A stretch of 63,626 nucleotides of DNA, the filler included, from Chiloscyllium plagiosum (taxonomy: Eukaryota): assembly GCF_004010195.1 (NCBI RefSeq). It is 4 parts of one record of this genome, joined end to end, with 100 filler letters (N's around TTAATTAATTAA, not from the genome) between each part and the next. Parts side by side here need not be neighbours in the genome. Positions count along the whole stretch, not along the records: positions 1 to 25,061 come from NC_057710.1; 3 more parts are not named here. One strand, given 5' to 3'. The notes under the pieces were generated by a model that saw only the letters and a program-made list of their open reading frames with translations, was not told where the DNA came from and made no database searches. Made by a program: the position numbers and the translations under genes. Of this stretch, positions 10,111 through 23,240 are shown one piece after another. Position 1 is the first letter of the stretch. Every line of letters begins with the position of its first letter.

Positions 10111-12089
10111 GTTCATTACTGTTGCAACAACAAAAGAAATTTTTTTTCATTGAAACAGGTGAGATCATATGTCATTCAGCGTAATTTTTACTTGCTTGTT
10201 TTACACGTACATTTAAGGTTGTCAAAGTCTGATTCAGCTCCTCTAATTGGTATGAATAAACAACTGAAACTGTAAGACAAATAACAATCTGAAATTTACA
10301 ACACACATTCTTTAATGCCATCCTTAAGTGAGCAAAGATTCTCATGCTATGTTCAAATGGTCATGCACACTGGGCTGCAATGGGAAGCCACTCTCAATCA
10401 TTAATCACGATTCTCGCCCAATTTGAAAATAAAATTAAGGTTAGGGATAGCACAATCCTGCCTTGAGCAATAAACTAGAAACTCCATGTTAATTCTATTA
10501 AAAGCATATTCCCAGCAACCACATAGCTGAATCCTTCATGTGCATGCCTGTCACACAAATACTGCATCTGGAGCACTGAAGACAAACATGTATCAAAATC
10601 ATGTCAGTATTTCATAGAGATTTTAGCTCCTTTTACATATTCATTGTGTGTATGTGAGAGAAGGAAGTGCACTATGGTTTTCAATTTTCATTATTTGAAC
10701 CACAATATCTGGACTGAACAACAACATCCTGCATAGCACAGCAACCAAGCATAATAATTATAGACAGCTGGAAGGAACAAATGGTAGGGAAAATATCCAA
10801 ATTTAACTTTCTTGCATTTTATACCGTTTAGCTGTTAATCAAACTTGTTGAAATAAAGATTGAAGGAAAATAATGTTTGCATTAAAACAATAATGAAATG
10901 TGTGGAGGGAACCTGATACTGAGCTGGAAGTTATTCAGTGAATCAGCAGTGGACCAGGTCATATCTAAATCAAATGCCCCAATTTATCGGATCGTCAACA
11001 GTGAGTAAAAATCTTCTTAGAATCAGACAGTACAGATATCGTCCTTTGGCCCATCGAGACTGTACAACCAAAAACACACTATCTCCAGTAGTCCTACTTT
11101 CCCATTCTAGGTCCATAGCCTTGCATATTATGACACTTCAAATATTGATCCAAGTACTTATTAAAGTTTGTGAGGTTTCCTGCTTTAACTACCCTTCCAG
11201 GCAGCACATTCCACATTCCCACCACCCTCTGGGTGAAAATGTTTCTCCTCAAATCACCTCAAAACTTCTTGTGTTTCACTTTAAAATTACGCCCCCTTGT
11301 TACTGATCCTTTGCTGAAAGAGAACAGCTGCTTTGTACTCACCCTGTATGTGCCTCTCACAATGTTTACACTTTTATCAAGTTCTCCACTCTCTGCCCTC
11401 CACCCTTCTCTGCTCCAAGGAACACAACTTGAGCTTGTCCAGCCTCTCTTCACAGCTAATTATTCCAATACAGAGGTACATCAGTAACACCTTCTGCAAT
11501 ATTGGAGATTAGAGAATCATTCATTTAAGTAATTGAAACAAAGAAGACTAGGAAGAGGAAAAAAGGAAGAGCAAACTAAAAAATGAAAATACCTGCATCA
11601 TATTGTAAAACCAGCAAAGGAGTTTTAGAACTTACTTCATTGGCATATTTGTGTAATTAGAGAGACTTACATTATTAAATTATACTCTATACAAGCTAAG
11701 ATATGAGGAGTCTTAATTTGAATATAATTGGAAAATATTGTTAAGCAACTCTTTCAGTTGGCATCTTTGCAAAAAGAGAGTCTGAGCAGCGCATTTGTCA
11801 GGTTGTAATAGTGGGTGACTGAATAGTTCAAGGGACAGACAGACCAGCTTGCAGCTGAGACATTGAGCCCTAATACTCTGTGGCCTCCCAGGTGCAAGAG
11901 TTTGGAACATCATGAAACGGCTGGATAAACTTCCAGAAGAGGAGTGTGAACAATTTGACAAAGTAGAGAGGTATACTATGTTTCTATTATTTGGCATTTC
12001 ATTAACAAGAAGTCACAATTTCAGGGCTGTCAGCAGGAAAGCTAGAGTGAGATGAGGAGAAACTTCTTTAATTAAGAGTCTAATGATGA

Positions 12090-12297
12090 ACACTAAACCA
12101 CTGTTGATTGTCCATAAACCCAACTGGTTCACTAATGTCCGTCAGGGAAGGATATCTGCCATCCTCACCTGGTCTGGTCTACATATGACTCCAGCCCCAC
12201 ATGATTCTCAACTGCCCACAAGGCAATTAGGGATAGGCAAAGAATGCTAGCCTAGCCAGCGACACCCTCATCCTGAGAATGAATTAAGAAAAAAAAC
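12090..12297 (+). mobile_element. SINE 3' half (second family) inserted in an old CR1 3' end
   Basis: GGTTCACTAATGTCC..GGGAAGG..CTGCC core; tail GCTAGCCTAGCCAGCGAC..GAATGAATTAAGAAAAAAAA. Confidence 0.6.
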
Positions 12298-12388
12298 TTA
12301 AGGGGTAGTTAGGATCTGGAATGTGCTGTGTGAGAGAGTGGTGGAGGCAGATTCCAGACGTGGTTTCGAAAGAGAGCTGGATATATAG

Positions 12389-12703
12389 ATTAGATTAGAT
12401 TACTTTACAGTGTGGAAACAGGCCCTTCGGCCCAACAAGTCCACACCGACCCGCCGAAGCGCAAACCACCCATACCCCTACATTTACCCCTTACCTAACA
12501 CTACGGACAATTTAGCATGGCCAATTCACCTGACCTGCACATCTTTGGACTGTGGGAGGAAACCGGAGCACCCGGAGGAAACCCACGCAGACACGGGGAG
12601 GATGTGCAAACTCCACACAGTCAGTCGCCTGAGGCGGGAATTGAACCCGGGTCTCTGGCGCTGTGAGGCAGCAGTGCTAACCACTGTGCCACCGTGCCAC
12701 CCC
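12389..12703 (-). mobile_element. Young full-length HE1-type V-SINE
   Basis: Nearly identical to 9051-9361. Confidence 0.95.
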
Positions 12704-12707
12704 AAAG

Positions 12708-13353
12708 TGGCAGGAGACGGAGTTAGGCATGGGTACTAACGTTTGTGTGGTACATTACCAGTTGCCAGCTAATTGCCACAAGTTAAGGAATTGTCACAAG
12801 AATCCAGTATCAGGCTCTGTTAGTGGTTAAAGTGGCAAAGTTTTAGGGCTAAAATATGAATACATCATTAACAGTCAGTATTAGTCATATTGGGAAAGTC
12901 TGTCTGAGAAATTTGTTTCCACCAAAGGAAAAAGGGGACAGAAAACACTGTGAAGTGTAGCTCTAACAGTTCTGTTCGACTGGGAGGCTGCAAATTAAAA
13001 ACTCAACCACCAGAGTTAAAGTCTTAAAGCTGGTTTAAATATATTTCAAAGACAAGTTGGCTGAGCTAAAATCTTCATAGATGTTGTGAGTCAAGAGACC
13101 AGATTCAAAGAGGAGAAGACCTGTGAAGTCCTGGGACCCAAGGGAAGAGAGACCAACATCATCAGAAAGTGTTTCCTGCCCTGCCTCAAATAGTGGAGTA
13201 ATAAGAATGAATGCATATAGTCCAATAGTTTAAATAGTAAATTAGCAATTGGCTTTTTATTGGAAGGTTATTTCTTGACTATAATTATCTTACTCTAAAG
13301 TTTGCTATGAAGTGTAGGGTAGGAGGAAGAGAAAATTATAGTTTGTTATTTAA
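12708..13353 (+). repeat. 646-bp direct duplicate of 14337-14982
   Basis: Identical on visual comparison apart from one A/G difference (about 13037 vs 14666). Confidence 0.95.
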
Positions 13354-13529
13354 TCTGGAATCTGCCTCCACCACTCTCTCACACAGCACATTCCAGATCC
13401 TAACTACCCCTTAAGTTTTTTTTCTTAATTCATTCTCAGGATGAGGGTGTCGCTGGCTAGGCTAGCATTCTTTGCCTATCCCTAATTGCCTTGTGGGCAG
13501 TTGAGAATCATGTGGGGCTGGAGTCATAT
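13354..13529 (-). repeat. 176-bp inverted duplicate of 12183-12358
   Basis: Exact reverse complement on visual comparison. Confidence 0.95.
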
Positions 13530-13629
13530 AGTTGAAGGTAATGAATTTAGAGAGTGACGGATGTAGTGTTGGAGATTGGGACTAGCTGGACAGCTTTTTC
13601 AGGAGCCAGTACAAACAATGATAGGCAGT

Positions 13630-13925
13630 GCAGGGTAACTCAGTGGTTAGCACTGTTGCCTCACAGCAGCAGGAACCCAGGTTTGATCGGGTCACTGTCT
13701 GTGTGGAGTGTGCACATTCTCCCTGTGTCTGCATGGGTCTCATTGGGTGCTCTGGTTTCCTCCCACAGTCCAGAGATGTGTGGGTTAGGTGGATTAGTCA
13801 TGGGAAATGTGGGGCTATAGGGATAGGTTAGGGTGGGGGTCAGTCTGGGTGGGATGCTTTTCAGAGGGTCAGTATAGACTCAATGGGCTGAATGGCTTGC
13901 TTCCACACTGTGAGTCTTTTATGAT
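13630..13925 (+). mobile_element. Older HE1-type V-SINE
   Basis: CAGTGGTTAGCACTGTTGCCTCACAGC head, V-domain and CR1-like tail. Confidence 0.85.
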
Positions 13926-15559
13926 GGGTCAAACGGCGTCCTTCTGCAATGTTAGATTCTTTCATTACGATTTGCTTTCCATTTAAACACTGATCTAATT
14001 TTAAGCAAAACAGCATTACTGGGGTGAACTAGGTTACATGTGAATATACTTGTACATTTGATCTCCCGGGAGTCCAGCAGCTGTAGTAGTTGTAGTCGTA
14101 GCCAAGGCTGCAATACTGGTTGACTAAAAGAATATTGGGTACATGCTGAGGTTAGGTTGTAGTGAAGAAGCCAGAAGTGCTCTCCCCATTGATCAAGAGA
14201 TGGAAGTATTTGGTGTGACATTGTTCAATTCAGGTGCACATACTTCAGCTAATTGTTGTAAAAACACCTGCAAAAAGGCTACAAAATAGGGAGGCATCAC
14301 TGACGATTTTGCACAGAACACTTACTCAGGGGTATTTGGCAGGAGACGGAGTTAGGCATGGGTACTAACGTTTGTGTGGTACATTACCAGTTGCCAGCTA
14401 ATTGCCACAAGTTAAGGAATTGTCACAAGAATCCAGTATCAGGCTCTGTTAGTGGTTAAAGTGGCAAAGTTTTAGGGCTAAAATATGAATACATCATTAA
14501 CAGTCAGTATTAGTCATATTGGGAAAGTCTGTCTGAGAAATTTGTTTCCACCAAAGGAAAAAGGGGACAGAAAACACTGTGAAGTGTAGCTCTAACAGTT
14601 CTGTTCGACTGGGAGGCTGCAAATTAAAAACTCAACCACCAGAGTTAAAGTCTTAAAGCTGGTTTGAATATATTTCAAAGACAAGTTGGCTGAGCTAAAA
14701 TCTTCATAGATGTTGTGAGTCAAGAGACCAGATTCAAAGAGGAGAAGACCTGTGAAGTCCTGGGACCCAAGGGAAGAGAGACCAACATCATCAGAAAGTG
14801 TTTCCTGCCCTGCCTCAAATAGTGGAGTAATAAGAATGAATGCATATAGTCCAATAGTTTAAATAGTAAATTAGCAATTGGCTTTTTATTGGAAGGTTAT
14901 TTCTTGACTATAATTATCTTACTCTAAAGTTTGCTATGAAGTGTAGGGTAGGAGGAAGAGAAAATTATAGTTTGTTATTTAAGTTAGCAGAAAAATGAAG
15001 GAGGAAAGTTATATTTTACTTTACGCAACCTTAAACATATTGTTGGTAAAATGTTGTAACAGTTTGACTTCTCAAGATCAGTAAGATGCATGGTATATTT
15101 AATCAATTTCACCTTGTGATAAATTCATGAATTACAGAGGCATGTTGCAGCCATATTCAGTTATTTTTTTAATAGTAAAATGTAAGGCTTTAGAAACAGT
15201 AATCAGGGTGGGGATGGTGGATACAAGGATTTGGATTAATTAAGGATGGCCAACACTGTTTATAACTTATTGAAGATGCGGAGATGCAGACACAGGGAGA
15301 AAACCCTCAATACTTTTTTATAAGTATATTAAGAGCAAGAGGATCACTGGAGAAAGAGTGTGACTAATTACAGACCTGTGCATGGAGCCAATGAATATGA
15401 GTGAGGTCTTCAATGAATATTTCTCAATTGTGTTCACAGAGGAGACAGACATTGTAGCAGGGGATTTAAATTGGGATGGTGAGTTTCTAGAGCACACTAA
15501 GATTAATAAAGAGGAGGTATTAGAAGTTTTAGCTGGAATAAAGGTGCATGTAAATACTG

Positions 15560-16148
15560 TGACTTCAAGAGCAGATCAGTGGCTGGGAATTCAGTGACAC
15601 GTAACTTACTCCAGGACTCCCAGTGCCTGGCCACCATCTACAAGGCACAAGTCAAAGTGTGATGGAATAATTCCCACTTGCACGGATGGGTGATGCTCCA
15701 ACAAACCCAAGAAACTCAATACATTTCCGAGAGGAAGTAGTCTGCTTGGTTGGCACCACATTTACCTTCACATGTACTGCCTTCACCACCAACACTGAGT
15801 GGAAGCAGTGTGTAACACTGAGAAGATGCACTGCAGTAACTAACCAATCACCTTTCAACATTAACTTCAAAATCTTGGATCTCTACCAACTGGACTATCA
15901 CAGGGGACAGCAGATGCATGGCCACACCACTACCTGGGAGCTCCCCTCCAAGCCCATATTATCCTGACCTGGAAATATATTGCTGGTCCTTTGCTGTTGC
16001 TGGGTGCAATTCCCTCGTTAACAGCATTGTGAGTATATTTACAACCCAAGGACCGCTACAGTTCAAGAAGATACCTTTGGCATTTTGGAATTGGCAATAA
16101 ATGCCATCAAAGCCAGTGATTCCCACATCCCATGAATGGACAAAAAAG
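15560..16148 (+). mobile_element. Ancient CR1/L2-group LINE 3' end
   Basis: Degenerate TIYKAQV.SVME.SPLA motif; tail GGCAATAAATGCC..CCCACATCCCATGAATG shared with the second SINE family. Confidence 0.6.
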
Positions 16149-16939
16149 ATGGTCAGGATCCTTGAGATGATGCAGGTAAGATTTACCAAAACGTTTCCAG
16201 GAATGGGGAATTTTAGTTACAAAATTAGGTGGAAAATGCTGTGGTTGTTAACTTTGGAGTGAAAGAAGGTTGTTGGAAGATTTGATAGAAGCGTACAAGA
16301 TTATGGCAAACTTTGATAGACAAGGAGAACATGTTCCCATTAGCTGAATACATAAAGAGTAGGAACCTTGGGTTTCAGATGCAGGACGAATATGAGAAAG
16401 AATGTTTAAACACCGCAAGTGACAATTACCTGGAATTCGCTGTCCAACATGGTGGTGAAAGCAGAAACAAGCTAGCATTTTAAAGGGAAGCTGGATAGTC
16501 AACTGAAAGAAACAGACTAGCAGGTCTACGAGAATAAAGCAGTAGAGTGTGATTGATAGGATTGCTGCACTGAGAACTAGCACTGATTCAGTGGGCTCTT
16601 TGTGTGCTATAAATAACTCACATTAGAGAAGGGTAGACTGAGACAGGAAATTTTCCATATCAGCAGAACATCAGCAATCAAAAGGGTGCCCACCTTGGGG
16701 AAGTGGCAATGGAAGGATTAGTTTGATGAAACTTGATTTGCCAGCTCTAGAAACAGATCAAATATTACCATGGGGTCAGGTGATTTCCAAATCAAAGTTC
16801 ACACCCTCTAGCTCACACTTCTTATACCCAATCATCACACTATCCACTAGATATGTACCCTCTGTGCTCCCTTTATTGCAATTCATGTTCCCTTACCCCA
16901 TGATTCCTCAAACAAAATCCCATGCATTTCTTCACATAT

Positions 16940-17200
16940 CATAGAGTCATAGAATCCCGACAGTGCTATTGGCCCAGCAAGTCTGCACCAACTCTCCAAA
17001 GAACATCCCGCAGGCCCACCCTCCAACACATCCCTGTAATCCCGCATGGCATTTTTGCCACAGCTAATCTACCTAAATTGCACATCTTTGGACTATGGGA
17101 GGAACCTGGACCACCCAGAGAAAACCCATGCAGACGTGGGAGAATGTTCAAACACCACACAGACAGTCGTCCCAGGTTGAAATGGAACCCAGGTGCCTGG
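16940..17200 (-). mobile_element. Diverged HE1-type V-SINE
   Basis: V-domain and tail similarity to the young copies. Confidence 0.8.
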
Positions 17201-18999
17201 CATGTTTTAGTGAAGCTGATTTGTAGTGCCCATTCAAGGTTATTAAATCTTCTCAAATAGTTAAACTTGTTTAAAAACAAAATGAACTTGAATTCAGAAA
17301 GCATGTAAATATCTCAATAGCATCTTTAAACTGTCAATCAAAATGCAAAGTCAGTTGCCAATCAGATCTCCTGTTGCTTTCCCAGCAGAGAGAAATCTTT
17401 TCAGAGCTTTTGAAACTTAGGCATTCAGAATCACATCAACTGCAATAACAGTCTTTAAAAGAATGTCAACACAGGAACTGTATTAAAATTGAGGAATCAA
17501 AGAATAAAGGTTTATTCTTGGCTACACTAGATGGCTTGTCCACCAAAACAGTAAAGTAACATTTATTTTCAATCTGAAAACATCAGCTGGCTTTTTCATG
17601 TTTCAAGAACTGTGGATATAAACATGGTACTTAAACAGATCTTATTCATCCTCTTCCATTGCATATATATCTGTGCCAAACATTCACAATTCCTGGGCTG
17701 TTGGTAAAGGCCTTGGGTCTGTTAGAACTCAGCACCATTTCAAATGGTCCATTATTTCATTGTTTCTACCAGTATGAATTGTGAGTGGTTTCCTTTCTAT
17801 TTCCGATTGGAAATGAAGCAAGACATTTGCACTGGATTTTGCCAATCATTTATCAAGGTCACTGGAATCAGGCCCAACTTGGCAAAACTCTGGCTCTATG
17901 ACTCTATTTAGGATAAACACCAGAAGTAGCATCGAGTTCACCTATTTGTGTCTACTAAAATGTCAGAATTATACCAGAATTCAGCGATGAATCTCTAACC
18001 AATTCACAACTCATTCTCTCCTGACTCTAGTGATTCTGCTCTGCACTTTCAGAGATGTGGGAGAATTTATCTGAGTATACAGAAATCTGTGGGCTAGGTG
18101 GAAAAATCTTGAATAAAGTAACTGCCAAAATCGGACTGAATACAGTGCAGAATTTTTTCTTAGTTTGGGAAGATGTTATTTAGGGAACATACTCGTTCTG
18201 TTGTTTCCCTGAAGTAATGAAACATGCTCTGAGAATTTAAACAGAAAGTTTAACCAAAGAATATTTTGTTTATAAAGAGTATGGTGATGACTCCAAATTT
18301 TCACATGAATGTACAAAAACAAGTCAATTTGTGTGAAATGTTCTTGGTATTTCCTTCTGTGAAACAACACAATTATGGCAGAAATGCAGAACAAAATGCT
18401 GAGTTCTGACTATACTGCCAGGGGATTGAAGCATATTCTGAAATACATCAAAATATTTTTGGGACAGTGAGTCTGAATTCAAAAGGAATACTGCTTTGTC
18501 TGGCCTTACATATACGTTCACAAATAGCTAACTGCAGATAATCATGGGAAGGACTTTTCGGAGGGTAGGGTTACCTCACATATACTTCTCCCCAACCTCA
18601 GCTCCCCCAACCCCCAACCCCAGAGACTTTTGCCAAATTGGCTGAAGATGAAGCATCCCTCCACCCCCACTCCCAACTCAGGAACACATTCTGCCTGAGA
18701 GACCTCCTGGTCGTCTGATTGACAGACAGATTGAAAGTCCCAGCAGTGCCACTGAATGCGGTGGTCACTGCTGGGACTGCAGCAAGTACTCAAATTGGCG
18801 ATGTCAGAAGCAGTTCTGGACCCTGTATTTATGAGCAGGTATTGCAGCAGGGACTGCAGGGGAGATGAGAGAAAGGAGAGGTGTGGGGTAAGGCCAGATC
18901 ATGAGCAGGAGTATGCTCAGTGTGGAAAGGTTCAAGACATGAAGCAACTGGCAGAACTTTGGGGAAGGCCCAACTGGGGAAAGGGGTCCATGTTGGTGG

Positions 19000-19665
19000 C
19001 ATCAATACTTTAGTTCGGCCACAGTGGGAGTACTATGTGCAGTTCTGGTTGTCTCACTGTAGGAAAGAAATGTTTGCAGGATGTTGCCTGGAATGGTGTA
19101 TTTTTGCTATGAAGAGAGGCTAGATAGAACAGAGAAGGCTGAGTGGGGATCTGCTGGAGGTGTGTAAGATTATGAGGGGCATGACAACGGGTAGAAGGCA
19201 TGTGGTTCCCCTGAGTGATAGGGTCAATAATGAGGAATGTAATTTTTAAGTGACAGGCAGGAGGTTTAGAGAGAATTTAGATTAGATTAGATTCCCAGTG
19301 TGGAAACAGGTCCTTCGGCCCAACCAGTTCACACCGACCCTCCAAAGAATTACCCACCCGGACCCACTTCCCTCTGACTAATGCACCTAACACTATGGGC
19401 AATTTAGCATGGCCAATTTACCTGACCTGCACATCTTTGGATTTAAGGGAAGAGAAAATGCACCCAGAGGATGGTGGGGGTGTAGAATGTACTGCCTGGA
19501 AGGTTATTTGAGGTGGGAAATCTCATAACATTTAAAAATTACTTGTACAAGCACTTGGAATTTCATAATGTTCAAGGCTATGAGCCAAATGCTGGAATTT
19601 GGGATTAGAGTAATTAGATCAGCACAGACTCGATGGGCCGAAGAGCCTCTTCTGTACTTTATGAA
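19000..19665 (+). mobile_element. Old CR1 3' end containing a truncated HE1 SINE (19278-19440, minus)
   Basis: LVRPQWEYYVQFW motif; nested TAGATTAGATT...CACATCTTTGG segment. Confidence 0.75.
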
Positions 19666-20337
19666 ATGGTAATCCGAACCAATGTCTCAAAACTAATAAC
19701 ACAGGAAAGTATGTAAATCCATTGTGCATATTAAATTTGCAATTTCATGCAGGCTTTCTTAAAGTGATTAACTAAAGTGAAGTATAAATATTTGCCATTA
19801 TAGTCATAGTCTATCCAAATCTGATCTAAATATTACATTTCTGGGCAAACTACATTAATCAAGATCAACAATATTGAAGCCATATGCAGGATCTTATAAG
19901 GTACTGAGTGACTTAGGCTGGAGTGAGATTTGTGGCAGAATCATGCAAAAAGTCTCGTGAAGCCAATCTCAACATCAGGAGCATCTCGCTGAGTTCCTTT
20001 AAACAGCTGCAGAGCAGGAAGGTTCTTAAGTGCCTTCTTAATGGCCAATTCACTTCGCTAACATTCAGCTTCCTATTTACCAAATGCACTGAACAAGCTA
20101 GACATTGAGAATTCTCCCTGTGGAAATCAGAGCGGGTAGTAATTGGCTCAGCACACTGTTTCCTCCATGTTGGACACTGGGCACCAACATCTCAGAGCAC
20201 ACTCAATGGGCATCAAGCATAGATAACCGATGTCAAATGACAGTGTCTGTGGACAATGTGCCAGCCTCTATGGCACATCTCCAATCCACTTACAGTACAC
20301 TTCTGCACTTCAATGTTGCACTGGTAACTATCACTGT

Positions 20338-20416
20338 GAGGACTACAGATGCTGGAGATCATAGCTCCTCGGATGCTGCCTGACCTGCTGTGCTTTTCCA
20401 GCACCACTCTAATCTC
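20338..20416. mobile_element. 79-bp mini-Penelope terminus insertion with 12-bp TSD
   Basis: PLE terminal sequence in two orientations; AACTATCACTGT at 20326-20337 and 20417-20428. Confidence 0.75.
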
Positions 20417-20749
20417 AACTATCACTGTAATACTACTGTAATAAGCACTGAGCTCATGGACTGGAATGGGTTGTGTTTCTGGGCTGTTCGCTTACTCATT
20501 CATTCAGAGCCTACATGGATGCTCTCACCATCTCACTTTTCATTGCCATTTTATTCTTTGCCTCCTTCAGCTAAAGCTACCAGGCTCATGTTACTTTGGT
20601 CTTGCTTTGCTGTTTAGCACAGACTCAAAGCCAGAAAGCTTGTCACAGTTGTCAGTCCTCCTTAGTCAAGCCAAGGGAGATAGCCTTAGCTCAGGGAGTC
20701 CCAGAATAAGGCAAAGGCCAGGGTTTGGGCCCAGTCAGCCAGCTACTCA

Positions 20750-21340
20750 GGCTGGTTAGAGCCAGAGCTGGCTCCACTGAAGGTGTGAGGAGATGAATGT
20801 CAGGCAGCCCGCCAACTATCTTGACATTTTCTGCCCTTTGGTGGGCTGCTTTTCTCCCTCTATAAGAAAAGGCAGGTATTAAGGAAGATGGATTGCTGCT
20901 GAATTGCTCAGCTGTTACTTTTGGTGAGGTGGGACGGGTGTCACAAGTGAGTGAGTAGGCAGCACAGAGGGCACGCAGGGTTAGTGGTGGGTACAGTAAG
21001 TGGGCAAGATGTTGCAAGATGTAATGAGTGGTAGGGCATAAGCCTTGGGGAGGTCAACACAGTAACAGTGATAGAGTGATTATGAGGTACTGCAGAGAAG
21101 ATGGTGGCAGTGTGGAAAAGGTCATGGACCTCCCTCCTACAGTGTTGGGCATTCCTCCAGACAGCCAAGACTGCATTGACCTGGGCAGTAACCTCTGACC
21201 AAAGTGGTATGGTCTGGTATCATGACCTTCACTGCTGGTCATGGCGGCAGCGGGGATGGGGTGGGAGGGGGGACATCCCATGACTGCGCCATCTCCAGGA
21301 TCCTGTCTGCAAAGCAAAGTGCTAAATTCCCCTTGCATGT
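20750..21340 (-). mobile_element. Decayed PIF/Harbinger-type Myb/SANT DNA-binding gene remnant
   Basis: WSEVTAQVNAVLAVWRNAQHCRREVHDL (Myb/SANT-like) and, after a pyrimidine-rich acceptor, KAAHQRAENVKIVGGLPDIHLLTP. Confidence 0.6.
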
Positions 21341-21464
21341 CATGTCCAGGGCAGATGTCATGAAATGTGCGTAGCAACCCCAGACTGACAGTGCTTGTCT
21401 GAGTATGCAAGGGGCTTTTAAAGACGAGATGAATTTGATATACAATGGTAAGAAAACCACTTGG

Positions 21465-23240
21465 TCTTGTGGCAAAACAATCCTCGAGAGATTGGGCCAC
21501 TCCAAATTCATGCAGGAAGACGAGTGATGGGAGAGAAGGAAATAGCTGAAGAACTTAATAAGTATTTTATGTCAGTCTTCACAGTGAAAGACACGAGTAA
21601 TATCCCAACAATTCAGGAGAGTCAAGGGGCAGAGTTGAATATGATGGCCATAACAAAGGAGAAAGTACTTGATAAGTTAAAAGGTCTAGAAATTGATAAA
21701 TCTCCTGGCCCGGATGAGCTACATCCTAGAGTTCTGAGGGAGGTGGCTGAAGAAATAGCGGAGGTGTTGATTGTGATCTTTCAAAAATCACTGGAGTCAG
21801 GGAAAGTCCCAGATGATTGGAAAGTTGCTGTTGTAACCCCCTTGTTCAGGAAAGGATCAAGACAAAAGATGGAAAATTATAGACTGATGAGACTAATGTC
21901 AGTTGTAGGTAAAATTCTAGAATCCATCGTGAAGGATGAGATTTCTAAATTCTTGGAAGTGCAGGATCGGATTAGAACAAGTCAGCATAGATTTAGTAAG
22001 GGGAAGTTGTGCCTGACAAACCTGTTAGAATTCTTTGAAGAGGTAACAAGTAGGTTAGACCAGGGAAACCCAGTGGATGTTATCCACCTAGACTTCCAAA
22101 AGACCTTTGATAAGGTGCCTCATGGGAGGCTGCTTAGTAAGGTGAGGGCCTATGGTGTCCAAGGTGAGCTACTGGCATGGATTGAAAATTGGCTGTCTGA
22201 CAGAGGGCAGAGAGTTGGGATAAAAAGTTCTTTTTTGGAATGGCAGCTGGTGACAAGTGGTTTTCTGCAGGGTTCAGTGTGTGGGCGCAACTGTTCACTT
22301 TATATATAAATGATCTGAATGAAAAGACTGGGGGCATTCTGGTGAAGTTCGCCGATGATATGAAGTTAGGTGGACAGGCAGGTAGTTCTGAGGAGGTGGG
22401 GAGGCTACAGAAAGATTTAGACAGTTTAGGAAAATGGTCCAAGTACAGGATTCTCCAAAAGTTGACTTGCAGGTAGAGTCTGTGATTAAGAAGGGCTTAT
22501 GCCCGAAACGTCGATTCTCCTGTTCCCTGGATGCTGCCTGACCTGCTGCGCTTTTCCAGCAACACATTTCCAGCTCTGTGATTAAGAAAGCAAATGTAAT
22601 GTTGTCATTTATTTCAAGAGGGTTGGAATGTAAAAATAGTGATGTGCTACTGAAACTTTATAAAGCTCTGGTTAGGCCCCATTAAGAATACTGTGTCCAG
22701 TTTTGGACCACACACCTCAGGAAGGACATACTGGCACTGGAGCATGTCCAGTGGAGATTCACATGGATGATCCCTGAAATGATAGGCCTAATATACGATG
22801 AGGATTCTGGGATTGTATTCATTAGAGTTTAGAAGGTTGAGGGGTGATCTAATAGAAACTTAGAAGATAATGCATGGCTTAGAAAGGGTGGACACTGAGA
22901 AATTATTTCCGTCAGGCGGGGATACCAGGACTCGTGGGCACAGCCTTAGAATTAGAGGGGATCAAATTAGAATGGAAATGAGGAGACATTTCTTCAGCCA
23001 GAGTGTGGTGGGCCTGTGGAATTCACTGCCCGGAGTGCAGTGGAGGCTGGGATGTTAAGTGTCTTCAAGGTAGAGATTGATAAATTCTTAATCTCGCAAC
23101 AAATTAAGGGATATGGGGAGAGTGGGGGTAAGTGGTGTTGAAATTCCCATCAGCTATGGCTGAATGGCGGAGTGGACTTGATGGGCCGAATGGCCTTGCT
23201 TCCACTCCTACTTCTTATGGTCTTTCTTATGGCTTTATGG
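21465..23240 (+). mobile_element. 5'-truncated CR1 LINE (ORF2 RT, frameshifted)
   Basis: ORF 21461-22309 carries KSPGPDELHPRVL, NYR, CLTNLLEFFE, DFQKTFDKVPH; downstream LYINDL..KFADDMKL; (TCTTATGG)n-like tail. Confidence 0.97.
22493..22574 (+). mobile_element. Penelope terminal fragment nested in CR1 with 14-bp TSD
   Basis: Matches the 60735-60820 PLE terminus; TCTGTGATTAAGAA at 22479-22492 and 22575-22588. Confidence 0.85.

Noticed and set aside
9069..12739. Two near-identical ORFs (124 and 109 aa, MWKQALRPNKS...)
   Set aside because: Antisense reading of HE1 SINE copies
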